Shown piece by piece: positions 13,040 to 24,700 of a DNA stretch of 64,000 nt. This DNA is from Macrostomum lignano. Its lineage: Eukaryota. The notes under the pieces were generated by a model, which saw only the letters and a program-made list of their open reading frames with translations, made no database searches and was not told the origin of the DNA. Made by a program: the position numbers and the translations under genes. Position 1 is the first letter of the stretch. Each line of letters begins with the position of its first letter. The stretch lies in contig NIVC01000026.1 of NCBI GenBank assembly GCA_002269645.1, positions 31,395 to 95,394 of the forward strand. Direction: 5' to 3'.

Positions 13040-14365
13040 CTGCCGTAGCTGTAGCTACGGCTATGGGATCCTACAGCAAATGTGGTAGAATAGGTGCCTA
13101 CGGCAGCTACAGATATGCCTACAGTAGCTAGCTGCTTTTATGGCTACAACTATAGAAATATGGTAGTTGTTGTCACATTCCGTAGATTCCTATAGCCATA
13201 GTTATTTATGTTAAAACATTGAAAAAATATTAGAAACAGGTAAAGTAAAACAAAGATACTTTTAGTGAACTGTATTATCAATTTAGAAACTTTTAAAATA
13301 TACCTAAAAAGTACAATTAAACACTAGCAAAGTCTAATTTTTATTGATGTGAAAAAGTTCAGCATTATTACTTTCAGTAACAATTAAGTGTTGTTGCTTT
13401 GAAAAAAGACAAAATATAATCTTACAAAGGCAATTGAGTGTTTCTTTTATTTTCTAACTTAATTTGCAGTTTTTTAAACACTAGGTTATCTTCTTGTTTC
13501 GAAATATTTTGTTTTCTAGACTTTTTGTTAAAACTATGGAACTATAGGAATATGGTAATATTAGGGTCCCTATGGCTATGGAATATTGAAAATTGGAATA
13601 AGCCATAGTTTTGCTTATGGCTATGGCTATGGTACATGGACCCTCCTTTTGGTCGAACATTATTTGCAATATTTGCCAATTCCAATATATAGGCAATATA
13701 ATTGGGCTCTATTACTTGGCTAGTCAACTACTTTGTTTTGCTATTTTTACTACATTTTATCTTTGACTTAGTGCCATTTGTCTTTGCCTTATGCTCTTAC
13801 TAGCTTGTCTAAATCTATCTTGATATGCCTTTATCTTAGCTTATCCTACCTTATTCTGCCCCATGTTGCTCTGCCCTAGCCAATTTTGCAATGAAAAAAG
13901 CTATCTTCTTGATTATAAAATTTAATAATAGTCATTTTAATAGTAAGTATTTAATAGTACTTTGCCATAATAAGGGTCTAAGTGTTATCACTATAGTTGT
14001 AAGCAAAACTATGGTATGGCTTATTCCAATTCTCTATATTCTATAGCTATAAGGACCCAAAAATTATTATATTCCCATAGTTCTCATAGCCATAGCCATA
14101 TTTTTAACAAAAAATCTAAGAAACAAAATATTTTAAATTAGGAAAATAACCTAGTGCTTAAACAATTACAAATCAAGGTAGAAAATGAAATAAACACTCA
14201 ATTGCCAACTACAGCTAAAAGAAATCTGTGAAATATGACAACAACTATCATATTTTTGTAGTTGTAGCTGTAAGAGCAGCTATCTACTATAGGCATATCT
14301 ATAGTTGTCATAGGCACCTATTTTACTATATTTGCCATAGGATCTCGTAGCTGTAGCCATAGTAT
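13040..14365. repeat. Decayed inverted-repeat pair (~370 bp arms)
   Basis: 13040-13200 pairs with 14215-14365 and 13430-13625 pairs with 13990-14210; the left arm is interrupted by ~230 bp. Confidence 0.75.
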
Positions 14366-15193
14366 TTGAATCTTAATACAATCGATACCTAACTAATGGC
14401 AAGAGTAAGCACTGTACTTTATTTAACAATTATTTGTATATACTAACAACATTAAAAACCATCATTTTTTTAAACTTAAAAGATATGTGCATTGTGCTCT
14501 ATTTTGTAATGTATAGTTTTTTATATTGTATGAAATTAAACCCAAGGCCTTTCACTCTATGCAATAGGGCTATTTATTTTAGACATAATGTGCAAGTGGT
14601 TTAAGCTTTAGATACTAAAAGACAAAGCATGCTATATTTTTGGAACCCAATCATTTTAAGACAATTTTAATATCTAAATAATTGTCTTCTAAAACTAATA
14701 TAGTATACAAGATGCTCATTTATAAAAAAGTGCTAGAGTATAGTAGGGTTTCTTAAATGCTTGAAATCTAAAAACAAAAAATGTTATACTTTATTGAAAC
14801 CTTATTCCTTTAAGAATACTTAAGGATAATTTTTAATACCTTATATTTTTAAAACAATTTTTAATTTTTTAAATTGTTATGCAAAACTGATAATACATTG
14901 CCAAATTAACAAATATAATTAGATATTTTATTATAGCCAGATCATAATTTATTGTATTGCTTATATTTTATACTATTCCTGGAATCCTAAAGGCCAGGAT
15001 TCCAACAAAAAATATGATATACCTAAATAACTAGGAATGGAAAACTACAAATTTGAAGGCCAATCTATTAATAACTTGTCCTCAAAAAGCATTACTTGAA
15101 AAGGTTTTACCACAGATGCAAACTCACTGACTACAAGGTCAATGCCTTTTTGCTTTTAGCTCTTTTAAACCAGTGAGGACTTATGGTAATGTA

Positions 15194-16524
15194 CAAGGGT
15201 TGTGTCATAAATTCGCTTACAACTGCAAATATCAAAGAAACAAAACAAAGAACAGCTAATTGTCAACATTGCACTTCTCAACATAGTCACCCCCAAGCTG
15301 CACACATTTGTGCCATCTCTCTGGCAGCTTGCTGATGCCCTGTGCGAAGAATTCCGTGGGGGTCCCTCGTACCCACTGGCTGATGGCCGAGCTGAGTGCA
15401 GAAAGGCTTCCATAGTGATGGCCACGAAGAGGCTCTTTCATTTTAGGGAACAACCAGTAGTCACTAGGGGCCAGGTCAGGAGAATAGGCAGGGTGAGGCA
15501 GCAACTCGAAGCCTAGTCTCCTGATGACATCCATAGTTGCATTGCAGGTATGCGGCCTGGCGTTGTCCTGCTGCAGCACAGTGCCCCTGGTGATCCTTCC
15601 CCGGCGCTCACTCTTGATCTTCTCACGCAGCCATTCCAATATTTCACAGTAGTACTGGGCATTGATGGTTCTGCCTTCAGGTAGCCACTCGATCAGCAAG
15701 ATGCCTTCTCTGTCCCAGAACACAGTGGCCATGCGCTTACCTGCTGACTGCACCGCCTTGGCCTTGACCGGTGGGGGTTCGTGAGTAGCCTTCCAGACGC
15801 TGCTCTGCTGTTTTGTTTCCGGTTCGTAGAAGTGAAACCACGTTTCATCACCAGTCACCAGGCGGCCAAGAAAGTCGGGCTCGTTTTGATAGGCGTTGAG
15901 CAGGTGGCGGCACATCTGACCCTCTCTTGCAGTTGGACAGGAGTCAGCAGTTTAGGGACCCATCGTGCAACAACTCGTGTCATATGCAGATGGTCGGAGA
16001 TGATGCGATGAATGCTCTTCATTGGTATTGCCAACAAGTCCTCTAACTGCCTCAGGGTTGCTCCACGATCATCGTCCAGGGCATGCTGCACACGCTGGAT
16101 GTTGTCACTGGAAGTGGATGACCGCGGTGCACCTGGACGGGGAGCATCATCAACTGTCTCCCAGCCGTCCTCAAAGCGCTGCACCCACTTTGACACAGTT
16201 TGTTTCGAAGGTGCATCCTCACCAACGATTTGCAGCAGCTCGCGGTAAATATCAGCCTGCTTCTTCTGCTGCTTCCATAACGACCAAATGACAGTGCGCT
16301 TGGCAGCTTCACTTTTCTCCATACTGGCTAGAAGGGTGGTTTGAATGCCACTCGATTTCTGCCTTATCTCAAAAGCCAAAGGGAAGATTTTCCATAGACA
16401 ATAAGATCGATGGTGCCTTAGTCTGTAACAAAAATTCTGCCCCAAAGTACAAAAGAAACAGACACTATGTAAATTTGTCAAGAGTTAAAGCAAGTATGTC
16501 AGCGAATTTATGACACAACCCTCG
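15194..16524 (-). mobile_element. Full-length mariner transposon (1331 bp)
   Basis: 24-bp TIRs C(A/G)AGGGTTGTGTCATAAATTCGCT with one mismatch; TA TSD at 15192-93 and 16525-26; transposase inside. Confidence 0.95.
15256..16322 (-). pseudogene. Mariner D,D34D transposase with a single 1-bp frameshift near 15915
   Basis: MEKSEAAK start, HTH region, WVPKLL, VTGDETW, QQDNARPH and YSPDLAPSD motifs (34 residues between 2nd and 3rd Asp). Adding one A at GTCAGA^TGTGC gives a 355-aa ORF. Confidence 0.9.
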
Positions 16525-16722
16525 TAATTGTAACTGCTTTTTCAATAATTCCAATAACATTGCCTGTTGAAGTGTTAAACTAATCAAATCAACTTAAATC
16601 CATTAATAGCAATTTATCTATGATCTTCACTTTTGTAATGCTATACTTACAGCATAAAAACAAAAAAGCCATGCACTCGATTAAAAAGGATTAACATTTC
16701 TTTGCATGAGCAAATAAGCAAA

Positions 16723-17763
16723 ATGATGGCTGGCAATGGTAACCGAGGCGACAAGGAGACTGAGCAGCTCAGAAAGCTGTTCATTGGCGGCCTGACGCCA
16801 AACGTGACAGAAGACGATCTGAAGGGCCACTTTGGTCAGTGGGGCGAGCTTGTTGACGTGGTGGTGATGAAGGACAAGGTGTCTGGCCGGTCTCGCGGCT
16901 TTGGCTTCGTCACCTACAAGGACGAGTCAAGCGTGGATGACGCGCAGGCGAACCGGCCGCACGTGCTCGACAACAAGGAGGTGGACACGAAGCGGGCGAT
17001 GCCCCGGGGTGACGCGAACAAGGACGAGAGCCACGTGAGAGTGGAGAAGCTGTTTGTGGGTGGTCTGAAGCCGGAGACCACCGAGGACGATCTGCGCGAG
17101 TATTTCGGCTCCTACGGTGAGGTTGCGTCAGCCGAGATTGCCGTGATGCGGGAGACTGGCAAGCCGCGCGGCTTCGGCTTCGTCACGTTCAAGGACTACG
17201 ATCCGGTGGACAAGGCGATTCTGTACAAGCCGCACAACATCGGCGGCAATCCGCGAGTGGACTGCAAGAAGGCCCTGTCCAAAGAGCAGATGGCCGAGGT
17301 GAAGGCTCGCCAAGCTTCCGGGTTCAACGTTCGCGGCGGCTTCGCTGGGCGGGGCGGCGGCGGCGGCTATGGGGGTGGCTACGGAGGCGGATATGGCGGC
17401 GGCTATGGAGGCGGCTACGGTGGAGGCTACGGCAATGGGACCTATGCTGGTGGCTATGGCGACGGCGGCTACGGCGGTGGCTATGGCGAGGCTGGTTACG
17501 CCGGAGGTTACGCCGCCGGTGCCGACATGGGCGGCTACAGCGAAGGTGGTGAAGGCGCCTACGGCAATGGCGCAGCGGCTGGCGGCGGTTTCGGCTCCTA
17601 CGGCAGCCAAGGTTACGCTGGCGGCCCCGCCAAGCCGGTTGGCGGATTCGGCGGCGGCCCGCAGCGATTCCAGCCGTACGGCGCCGGCGGCCGTGGTGGA
17701 GGTCGCGGACGCGGCGGCGGTGCCACTGGTGGGTTCCGGGGTGGTCGTGGTGAGTGTTGTTAG
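16723..17763 (+). CDS. HNRNPA1/A2B1-like: hnRNP A/B-family RNA-binding protein (2 RRM + Gly/Tyr-rich tail), copy 1
   Basis: RNP2/RNP1 motifs LFIGGL/RGFGFVTY and LFVGGL/RGFGFVTF; GGGY repeats and RGG tail; first ATG 16723; possible terminal intron 17750-18294. Confidence 0.93.
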   Translation: MMAGNGNRGDKETEQLRKLFIGGLTPNVTEDDLKGHFGQWGELVDVVVMKDKVSGRSRGFGFVTYKDESSVDDAQANRPHVLDNKEVDTKRAMPRGDANKDESHVRVEKLFVGGLKPETTEDDLREYFGSYGEVASAEIAVMRETGKPRGFGFVTFKDYDPVDKAILYKPHNIGGNPRVDCKKALSKEQMAEVKARQASGFNVRGGFAGRGGGGGYGGGYGGGYGGGYGGGYGGGYGNGTYAGGYGDGGYGGGYGEAGYAGGYAAGADMGGYSEGGEGAYGNGAAAGGGFGSYGSQGYAGGPAKPVGGFGGGPQRFQPYGAGGRGGGRGRGGGATGGFRGGRGECC

Positions 17764-19839
17764 CGAGCCGGTTGGCTTAGTTTTTGGCGCATTTATTTTC
17801 AATTGCAAAATTGCTGGTAAAGAATTGCGCTCAAAATTAAAACTCGCTATATGGGATTAAGATATTTTTGCTCTAATATTCATCTTGTAAATTTCACCAC
17901 AAAATATTGCAGGCGGTTACTAATTGGGACTGGCTGATTAACTAACGGAAGGCACAATCGACTTTTATGCTGCCTGTAATTCGAGTCTTGGGGAAAACCT
18001 GCTACTAAATCTCTCTGTCGTCTGTTTACCAATTGGATGCTGTTCTCATGGGATTCGGGGTAAGTTTGATTGCACATTTAATCAATTTTTTGTTTTTATT
18101 GCTCACTAAAACTGTTGCTGTATGCGTGCGCCTGTTTGAACTGCGTGCAAGGCTAATCTTTTATTAGCTCAAACTATCTTTAAGAAAGTTGTTCTCTGTA
18201 AGTTAAGTGTACGGTGTTTATATGCTAAGAAAATGTGCTTATAATTTACTTAAGAATCAGTCATTAAATCTATATTTATATCTACTAATTTCAGGTTGAG
18301 CAAAAGTCACACACACACCCAGTCAGTCAGTCAGTCTGAAGCGCAGGGCCACTCAGATGTTAAGCAACCTAGGAGATTGTGTGTGCGTGTTGAGACCGTT
18401 TTTTATAGCGTAAGTAGGACAGGCCTGGTCTCGACAATGGACTGAGTGAGGAGATAATTCGGGCTAAGATAATTAGCCAATCAAAAGGAGAGCACAGATC
18501 ATGTTGGTAATGGAATCAGCCACGTTATTGAAAAGGTTGTTCAGCGGACTGCAGTGAAATCTCGACCCCGAAGTCAGTGAGGCAGCCAGTCACCAGCTTA
18601 ACTATTAATGCATAGACGGCAAGGTCTAATAAATGTGTTGTGCAATTACTCTTTGCTAAATGGGGATTATAAACTTATAATTTTTTATAAATCTGAAGTG
18701 TGCCCATATTCCTTATTTTATTTTGTCATGAGTTCTAAGGCTATGTGGGAGGAATATTATTTAAATTGCAGCTCGAATAACTATCTGCAGCCTCAGGTGT
18801 CAGGCGGGCATTAGTAGCGACTAGCGAGTATTTTCTCAACTTAAGACTGTTTTACTTAGCAGCTAATAGTCGATTTTTAGTGTTCATATTTACCTATCCA
18901 TATGTAATGAATAAGCTGTATACTAATTAGTCTTGTGTAATTTATCAGTTCTGTTTTTTGAGAAAACTGCCACTTGTAATAATATGCCAGTTAATTAAAT
19001 ATTGTTTGAATTCCTCAAGCTTAAGGCAACACGCAATTTTGTGTCAATTGCTCTTACAACTTTGCTCTTGCGTGAACATGATTGTTGTCAGTTAGGTGCA
19101 AAATAACTTATTATATAACTAGTAGTAGTATAAGTATACATATAGTCGTAAGTGTAAGCGGGTGTGACTATTTTTGTAGTTATTAATTAACTTTTCTTAC
19201 GCTGAAAAACTTCACTTTTACCACAATTAGTAGCTTCATTGTTCAAATTTAAGGCTTGGGCTATTTTTATTACTTATCAAAGGCGGTAAACTCTAATTTA
19301 GTTGATAATTGTTGTTCCATATTTCGCTTCTGTAAGATTAATAATTTGATCTGATCGACCCAATGTTAGCATCAAAAGTGAACATGAGTTGACAGGCTGA
19401 AATATAAGTTATTAATGGAAAAGGAGTTACTAATCTGCCAGGCCAAGCTGTAAAAAGCTAATTATTAAATAGGCCCGGTGTTGCTCCTAGCTAGCGAAAT
19501 TGTTGCTCTCGCAGCAGAGGCAGTGCGTGCGTTAGCTTAACTAGCCTTTTTCTATCGTGAAAGAGTTTCCTTAGTTGTCATTTAATTATTATGTAATTAT
19601 TCGGGTATTGTTGAAGCGTGAATGTGATTAACAATGATCTGGAATTGATTGAGCGCTTGTCTGTATGTGTTCTAGATCAATAAGGACGTTTAAGGTCAGA
19701 CATTAGAAAGTTCTTTGTGTGGCTGTGATTGAAAGAATGTCATCATCATTTGAAGTCTGTAACTCTACCCTACTAGGGTTCCATTCTGTTAAATGCCCAA
19801 CCAATCTAGTTGGATTGCTTTCAGACTTCAGAATTCAAC

Positions 19840-20823
19840 ATGATGGCTGGTAACCGAGGCGACAAGGAGACTGAGCAGCTCAGAAAGCTGTTTATTGGCG
19901 GCCTGACGCCAAACGTGACAGAAGACGATCTGAAGGGCCACTTTGGCCAGTGGGGCGAGCTTGTTGACGTGGTGGTGATGAAGGACAAGGTGTCTGGCCG
20001 GTCTCGCGGCTTTGGCTTCGTCACCTACAAGGACGAGTCGAGCGTGGATGACGCGCAGGCGAACCGGCCGCATGTGCTCGACAACAAGGAGGTGGACACG
20101 AAGCGGGCGATGCCCCGGGGTGACGCGAACAAGGACGAGAGCCACGTGAGAGTGGAGAAGCTGTTTGTGGGTGGTCTGAAGCCGGAGACCACCGAGGACG
20201 ATCTGCGCGAGTATTTCGGCTCCTACGGTGAGGTTGCGTCAGCGGAGATTGCCGTGATGCGGGAGACTGGCAAGCCGCGCGGCTTCGGCTTCGTCACGTT
20301 CAAGGACTACGATCCGGTGGACAAGGCGATTCTGTACAAGCCGCACAACATCGGCGGCAATCCGCGAGTGGACTGCAAGAAGGCCCTGTCCAAAGAGCAG
20401 ATGGCCGAGGTGAAGGCTCGCCAAGCTTCCGGGTTCAACGTTCGCGGCGGCTTCGCTGGGCGGGGCGGCGGCGGCGGATATGGGGGTGGCTACGGAGGCG
20501 GATATGGCGGCGGCTATGGAGGCGGCTACGGTGGCTATGGAGGTTACGGTGACGCAGGCTACGGTGGCTACGGGGATGCCGTAGGCTACGACGCCGGAGG
20601 CTACAGCGAAGGTGGCGAAGGCGCCTACGACAATGGCGGCGGTTTCGGCTCCTACGGCAGCCAAGGCTACGCTGGCGGCCCCGCCAAGCCGGTTGGCGGA
20701 TTCGGCGGCGGCCCGCAGCGATTCCAGCCATACGGCGCCGGCGGCCGTGGTGGTGGTCGCGGACGTGGAGGCGCCGGCATTGGCGGCGGCTTTCGCGGTG
20801 GCCGTGATGAGTGTCAAGGTTGA
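19840..20823 (+). CDS. HNRNPA1/A2B1-like: hnRNP A/B-family RNA-binding protein, copy 2
   Basis: RRM region essentially identical to copy 1; shorter Gly-rich tail; ATG 19840; TTTCAG acceptor-like site 15 nt upstream. Confidence 0.93.
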   Translation: MMAGNRGDKETEQLRKLFIGGLTPNVTEDDLKGHFGQWGELVDVVVMKDKVSGRSRGFGFVTYKDESSVDDAQANRPHVLDNKEVDTKRAMPRGDANKDESHVRVEKLFVGGLKPETTEDDLREYFGSYGEVASAEIAVMRETGKPRGFGFVTFKDYDPVDKAILYKPHNIGGNPRVDCKKALSKEQMAEVKARQASGFNVRGGFAGRGGGGGYGGGYGGGYGGGYGGGYGGYGGYGDAGYGGYGDAVGYDAGGYSEGGEGAYDNGGGFGSYGSQGYAGGPAKPVGGFGGGPQRFQPYGAGGRGGGRGRGGAGIGGGFRGGRDECQG

Positions 20824-21760
20824 TTTGCTTTAGTGAAATAAAATTTTGTTAAAAATGCACTTTTATACTAAATAACTTATTTGCGATCCGCCAAACCCCC
20901 TGTGTCGATGACTTTGCAGGCGGGCGTGGTGGCTATTAGACCGGGAGGAACTCTGATGCACAGCTCGACTGCAAAGGATTTTAAAGCTGTGCAGTGAACA
21001 CGATTTCATAATATATATGTTCGCATACGACTTACTGAACTCGATCTTTTCTCCTGCCGTTCTGCTCTTGTCTATGTGTTGTGTTTTGGCTTTTGTATTG
21101 TGCATTCTGCTTTTTTATGAAGAAGCAATGTTGTCTGCGCAAGCAGTTGCTGGTCTTTTACCATAAATAAGTTTTAGTTTCTCAATTAGCGGCCCGTGAA
21201 ACTTGAAAGTTAACACCTGTGCTGATAATTGCGCAATTATTGAATTATCGTTTATGAAATTTCATGGCAGCAGTTGCTGGGGTCTCTGTTAGTTTTTGTG
21301 TAAAAAATATATTTTAAACAAAATTTAATATTCGTTATGTATTCAAATATACCAAATGGGTTTAAAGAGTTGAAGGCATGCAGTTTTTGTTCATTCTCAA
21401 ATGTCTCGAGTCAGTTAATTGAAATTGTCACAAGGCAAATTTACAATCCCGAGCTATGCCTGGTCCTTGACTTCGTTTCTTTGCTGAGCCGGCTTTAAAT
21501 GAAACAAAAAACTGAATCGTTGAATTCCAATGAGTTTTGAAAATATTCAAATTTCAAATTCCATTCCTGTCTGGTTAAGAAAGTTGGCTAATTCGAAATT
21601 TTTTATATTCTTTAAAAAACGCTTGAAAATGTTTGGTTAGCAAAGTTTTATAAATAAAATCTCCAATCAGTTTTCGTTATATTTTTTAAACAGAACACAT
21701 TGTTCGTCGCTTGCATTCAGCTTAAGACATTGAAATCAAATTGCAAAGAGATATTCTGTG

Positions 21761-24700
21761 ATGGCTGTCCAAAAGCTAACTGTTTTCCTAATATTGGCGG
21801 CCATTACTCTCTGCTTTGGTGAGCGAATACTTTTGGTTTTGATTATCAACTGTTGGTAATTTCTGATAGAGTAGTCTTAGTCTTCACATCTCCAGTTTTC
21901 GTATTCAGAAGAATAACTATTGGTCTGCAATAAATAAAATGATGTCTTGCCTTATAGCTCTGATGTTCATAAAACTTTTCGTTTAGAAAATTAGGATTCT
22001 TTGGTAATTTTATCCTACGTACATGTACTGTGCAAAAAAATTATGAGAATGGTACAGCTAAATTTATTGGTTTTATGAATCTATACTATAATTCTTAGTT
22101 AATCACTAAGAGCCTCTTCATATCGATGGTTCTGGTTCTGGAACATGGTTCGAGAAATTTTATCGAACCGCTGTCATGTTTACACTTTAACAGTAAAATA
22201 TATTTGAAATCGTCAAGTTTTTATTATTGTTATATAATTATTCCGTTTTTTGTCATATCCAAGGCAAAACAAAGTCAAAGAACGACAAAATTAAATTGTA
22301 AAAACTGTCAAACATAAAATGGGTATCGGAAGCTCCTCATATTACACTGGTTCTGGTTCTAGAACCGATTGCCGTGAAGAGGCTCTTAACAAAATGAAAC
22401 GGAATGATAAAAATAGATTCATAAAACCAATGACTTGAGTTGTGCCATATTTTATAAATTTTTGGCATAGGCCGGACATGCACGCTTTATGAAAATCAAT
22501 TGAGAAAAGAACGCAAGACATCAAAAGATGAACAACTGTTGGTCTCCACTTCTATCAAAAGCAATAAGAATATTCGTGATAAAAAATAAAAACCTATACT
22601 CCGTACTTTTTAAAAGAAATCTGATTATTATAAGGTTTAATAAAAATTAGTTTATCAAATAATTGTTATAAACGCTGAATATCAACTTTTTGAGCTTAAG
22701 TTCGTTTTTAAATGCGTGAAAGCCAACTAACCAGCTAGAAAACCTGACATTTGAAAGAAAACTTCACACATCTGCAGTAAACTGCAAACGTAAGCTTTAA
22801 TTACAGTATTACATTTTGCAGCCCAGGATGACCCCTTCGAGCCTTCAATTTTCGGTAAGTATAGTTGCACTCTTTAAATTACATGTAAACATACATGCAT
22901 GTACAGACTACGCCAACTATGTTAATTGTGGTGCTCCATAATGTACACGTGCATATTTACATGTACATGTATACCCACATTCAGGGGCGTCGCCATGGAT
23001 TCATGTTGGGAGGACAAAGCCAAGAAGCTACATGTACATGCACATGACCATTGCAACATGCACATCATTTTAAGAATCGGTGCGTCAGCGCTCATGTAGG
23101 CGCCGCAGGCATTTCTTTTGGTGCTGCAGGCACTCATTTTAGCGCCACAGGCATTCACTTTAGCGCCACGTGCAGGCACTCATTTTAGCGCCGCAAGCAC
23201 TCATTTTGGCACCCCAGGCACTCATTTTAGCGTCGCAGGAACTTATTATGGTACATGTACCAAAGGACTCATTTAGCGCCACAGGCACTCATTTTGGCAC
23301 CCCAGGCACTTATTTTAGCGTCGCAGGAACTTAATATGGTACATGTACCAAAGGACTCATTTAGCGCCACAGGCACTCATTTTAGTGCCACAGGCACTCA
23401 TTTTGGCGCCGCAGACGCCGGGCGCTATATTTTGTCGCCGTGAAACAAAATTCTTGATGTCCATAACGGCAATTAAACGCGGGTCAAAAGGTAGGCCGTG
23501 GCGGGGACAAAGCATGCAATAGCATGTCCCCATGGCTTTTACTGGGGGGACACATGTCCCCCCCCTGTCTTCTCCGGTGGCGACGCCCCTGTCTACATTC
23601 GCATTATATTTCATTCCCACCTCAACTTTGAATCAAACTATTTTTTAGCGATTTCCGGCGACATTGATAGCCATAACGATGCAAAACCAATCAGTAAGTA
23701 TATGATAGTATACTATATGATGATACATTGTAGGGAGGGACAGCTGGGGCAGATAGAATGAAACAGCTGTGAAATGATTCGATTTTTATAGCAGCGTTAT
23801 ACTCATAAATCCGGCACTAATTTACTGTTCACCGTATTTAAATATGTCCGAACAGCTTTGCACGATTTGACAGAGGAGCAAGCGTTGTTTGGTGAGCTGC
23901 AAATTATATCCACGTTCGCATATTCATAATTGCATAATTATTGACTGTTACATACACACAGTTCAAGCATTGCTTAAATAAAGCACTGAAAATATTTTAG
24001 CTGTCATTAACTTCGGACCGTCGATTTCTGGTGAGCATGCAATGAATTTATGAATTTAATTCTAATAGATCGATTTCACCTGCCCCAATCGACAGATGTG
24101 CAACTGACAGCTCATAGCCAGCTCATATTGCGCGGCACAAACTGTTCCAAGTAGCTCAAGAATCGAGCCCCCGACCATTAGTCGGCTGCACAAACCACAA
24201 GCGTCGGACTCACGACTGTAAGGTCGGGGGTTCGATTCCCGATCTCACTGGAACAATTTATGTCCTTGAGAAAGACACTTAAATCTGCATTGTCTCAGTT
24301 CACCCATTAGCTGAGGTAATTGAGGCTGCGTTTGACGACCCCCCAGTCCTTGGACTGAACAGCCGTACGCAGCCTTCAGATGCGCCGCGCCATAGCTGCG
24401 GCTGAGCTGTCGGTTGCACATCTTGCCAAATTTGGACAGGTGTAATCAATAATAATAATATAATAATTAATAATCAAAATTAACCAAGATAATTAAAGGC
24501 TTATACGGTTCTACTTCCTATACCGCTTCAGGCGCAGACGATGAGGACACCGGTCCAGGTGAGCTAATTTATATTTGTGCAGCAATGTGCCTATTATGAA
24601 CCTGTTAATTAGGGAGCTTTACTGACCATATATAGTGGGTTAAAGTTTTATTGTGATTATTTTGATGCTGTTATAGATCAGGTGAAATCTCTGACCAGAC

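Noticed and set aside
16695-16708. TTTGCATG upstream of hnRNP copy 1 resembling a flatworm SL 3' end (retrocopy idea)
   Set aside because: The match is only ~7 nt, and copy 1 seems to retain a terminal intron.
17128-20833. Antisense and alternate-frame ORFs over the hnRNP genes
   Set aside because: Shadow ORFs of GC-rich coding sequence; Ala/Thr-rich with no domain.
21955-22090. Similarity to 50510-50655
   Set aside because: Real but short decayed dispersed repeat with no definable termini.
24199-24260. Possible tRNA genes here and at 5484
   Set aside because: Only box-like motifs are present with no full cloverleaf; SINE body, tail and (at 5484) TSD explain them.
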